The translations under genes and the position numbers were made by a program. A model generated the notes under the pieces. It made no database searches. It worked only from the letters and a program-made list of their open reading frames with translations, and had not been told where the DNA came from. 64,000 bases of DNA from Octopus bimaculoides (lineage: Eukaryota): contig NC_068991.1 in NCBI RefSeq assembly GCF_001194135.2, positions 26,461,109-26,525,108 of the forward strand. Reading direction: 5' to 3'. Below are positions 62,423 through 64,000 of the stretch, in pieces. The number at the start of each line of letters is the position of its first letter. Within the stretch, counting starts at the first letter, position 1.

Positions 62423-64000
62423 AGCAAAATAATTGGCATCTCGAGCCTCCAGGTGGAGAATAGCTCTTTAATTTGTTGCCCAAATGTATATGATAAGAGA
62501 AGATCTTAGTCTACACAACAATATACCTAATAACTTCCAGATTTCATGATTTTGACAATGAGCGGTTGTTGATGTTAGTGCGTGCAGTAATGTACGATGA
62601 AATAACACTTAATTACCTCGTGAAGAATATGCAGAGCTATATTGGAGACCTGCAGTTTGATATTCATTTCTTCACTGTAGATAGCGATCTTATGTTTGTG
62701 GTATTGCAATCATGTACTGAGCCTCGAAAAATAATCAGGCAAAGTTATAATATTTCTGTATCCCAAGAAAAATTTAATTCCCAAGGGACATAATATTATA
62801 CGGCTACATCCTTGTATAAACAGCACGAATCATTCTAATATGGTTAAGTGATGAGATACCCAATCCAATATATTTTTTACCCACATTAAAAGACGGTTTC
62901 AGATCACTGCATCAATACCATATTATACACAACCCTAACAAACACTGTACAACTGTTAACATTTGCAAAGACTTTAAGTGCACACTTCATTAAACATTAC
63001 GCCTGGAAGTCTACTTGTAATACCACCTAACCTATGTAATATGGAAGAGTTCTACCAAACGTTGCTATTTCCTGAATAGAATACCTTAGTGATCTTCCCT
63101 TTCACCTTCTCTCTTCAGCACGACTGCACTTCGAAAAGGTAGGCACTATTGTAATAATATATAGATGAGTTCTAACGCCAATGTGTAATAGCTATATTGA
63201 AGATTACATAGTTTCAGTATACTAGAGCTTCACTATATATTTGAGTATTGTAATATCTTTACCACTTACTCTAAGTTCTTATAAATGACTCCATAGTCAT
63301 AGTTTTATTTCTATTTAATCTTGGCACAGAGATACCACACAAACATATAGGCATGTCGTGTTTAACGCCATCAACATTTCGTGTCAGATTTTTTGATGAC
63401 TGAATTGTTCACTTAGAATTTAAAACACAGAAACAAAGACATATTCATAGTCTTTATCGCGCTCCTTTAATATTTCTCTCTCTAAAAGTGTGCTAACTCT
63501 CTTTCATAAAAATATTTGAATTCTCAGATAGACATATTTAATATTCATAAAGAAAGAGAATTTTAAGAACTACACTGTGGTTTCTTTAATTTTGCAGCAG
63601 TTCAAATCGTTTGGATGTATCCGATCTCAATTGATCATTATGGAAATAACTTTATTATTTCTATTTATTGCAAGTTATATTTTGTTCTAGACATCATTTT
63701 ATTAGATGGATTCTAAAAATTCTTTTCATTAAATATCAATATTTCATCATGTTAAGCTTTCTTCCATATTCTCTTTTCACTTACGTTATTATAACTTATA
63801 TGATTTTAAGTATATTTTGGTTTTGTTCATTGATAATCACGTGTTTATGAAATTTAAAATCTGCCTAATCTATTTTAGCTATAAATTATTTATAATAAAA
63901 CCAAAATGAAGTCGTATTGTTAATAAATTTACTTCGTCCTCTTTTATCTAAATCATTTCCGAAAATACGGTAGACCATAATAGATAGGATTCACAATCTT

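Overview
AT-rich animal genomic DNA, most consistent with a coleoid cephalopod (Octopus-like). That assignment is inferred from the tRNA-derived SINE families, the R4/Dong, RTE and Penelope remnants, and the extreme microsatellite density. About 14 N-gaps are present, mostly bordered by simple repeats. I can support no intact host gene, rRNA, CRISPR array or functional tRNA. The window is a transposon graveyard. It holds a 5'-truncated Penelope-like element (RT + GIY-YIG) with an inverted terminal copy and a decayed hammerhead-like motif, and two stacks of R4/Dong-like REL retrotransposon fragments tied to (AAT)n tracts. It also holds an RTE LINE plus a separate RTE-like C2H2 tail, three Tc1/mariner remnants, a hAT MITE with a perfect 8-bp TSD, a miniature LTR element, many SINEs and a tRNA-Lys pseudogene. 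The most notable observations are: (i) several TA-embedded or AT-embedded foldback elements that look like head-to-head Penelope 3' tails rather than true MITEs; (ii) a ~525-bp non-coding element whose two ends recur fused to Dong-like LINE pieces; (iii) an RFX X-box/NRF1-like promoter cluster near 20.2 kb. All alignments were made by eye and no database searches were run.
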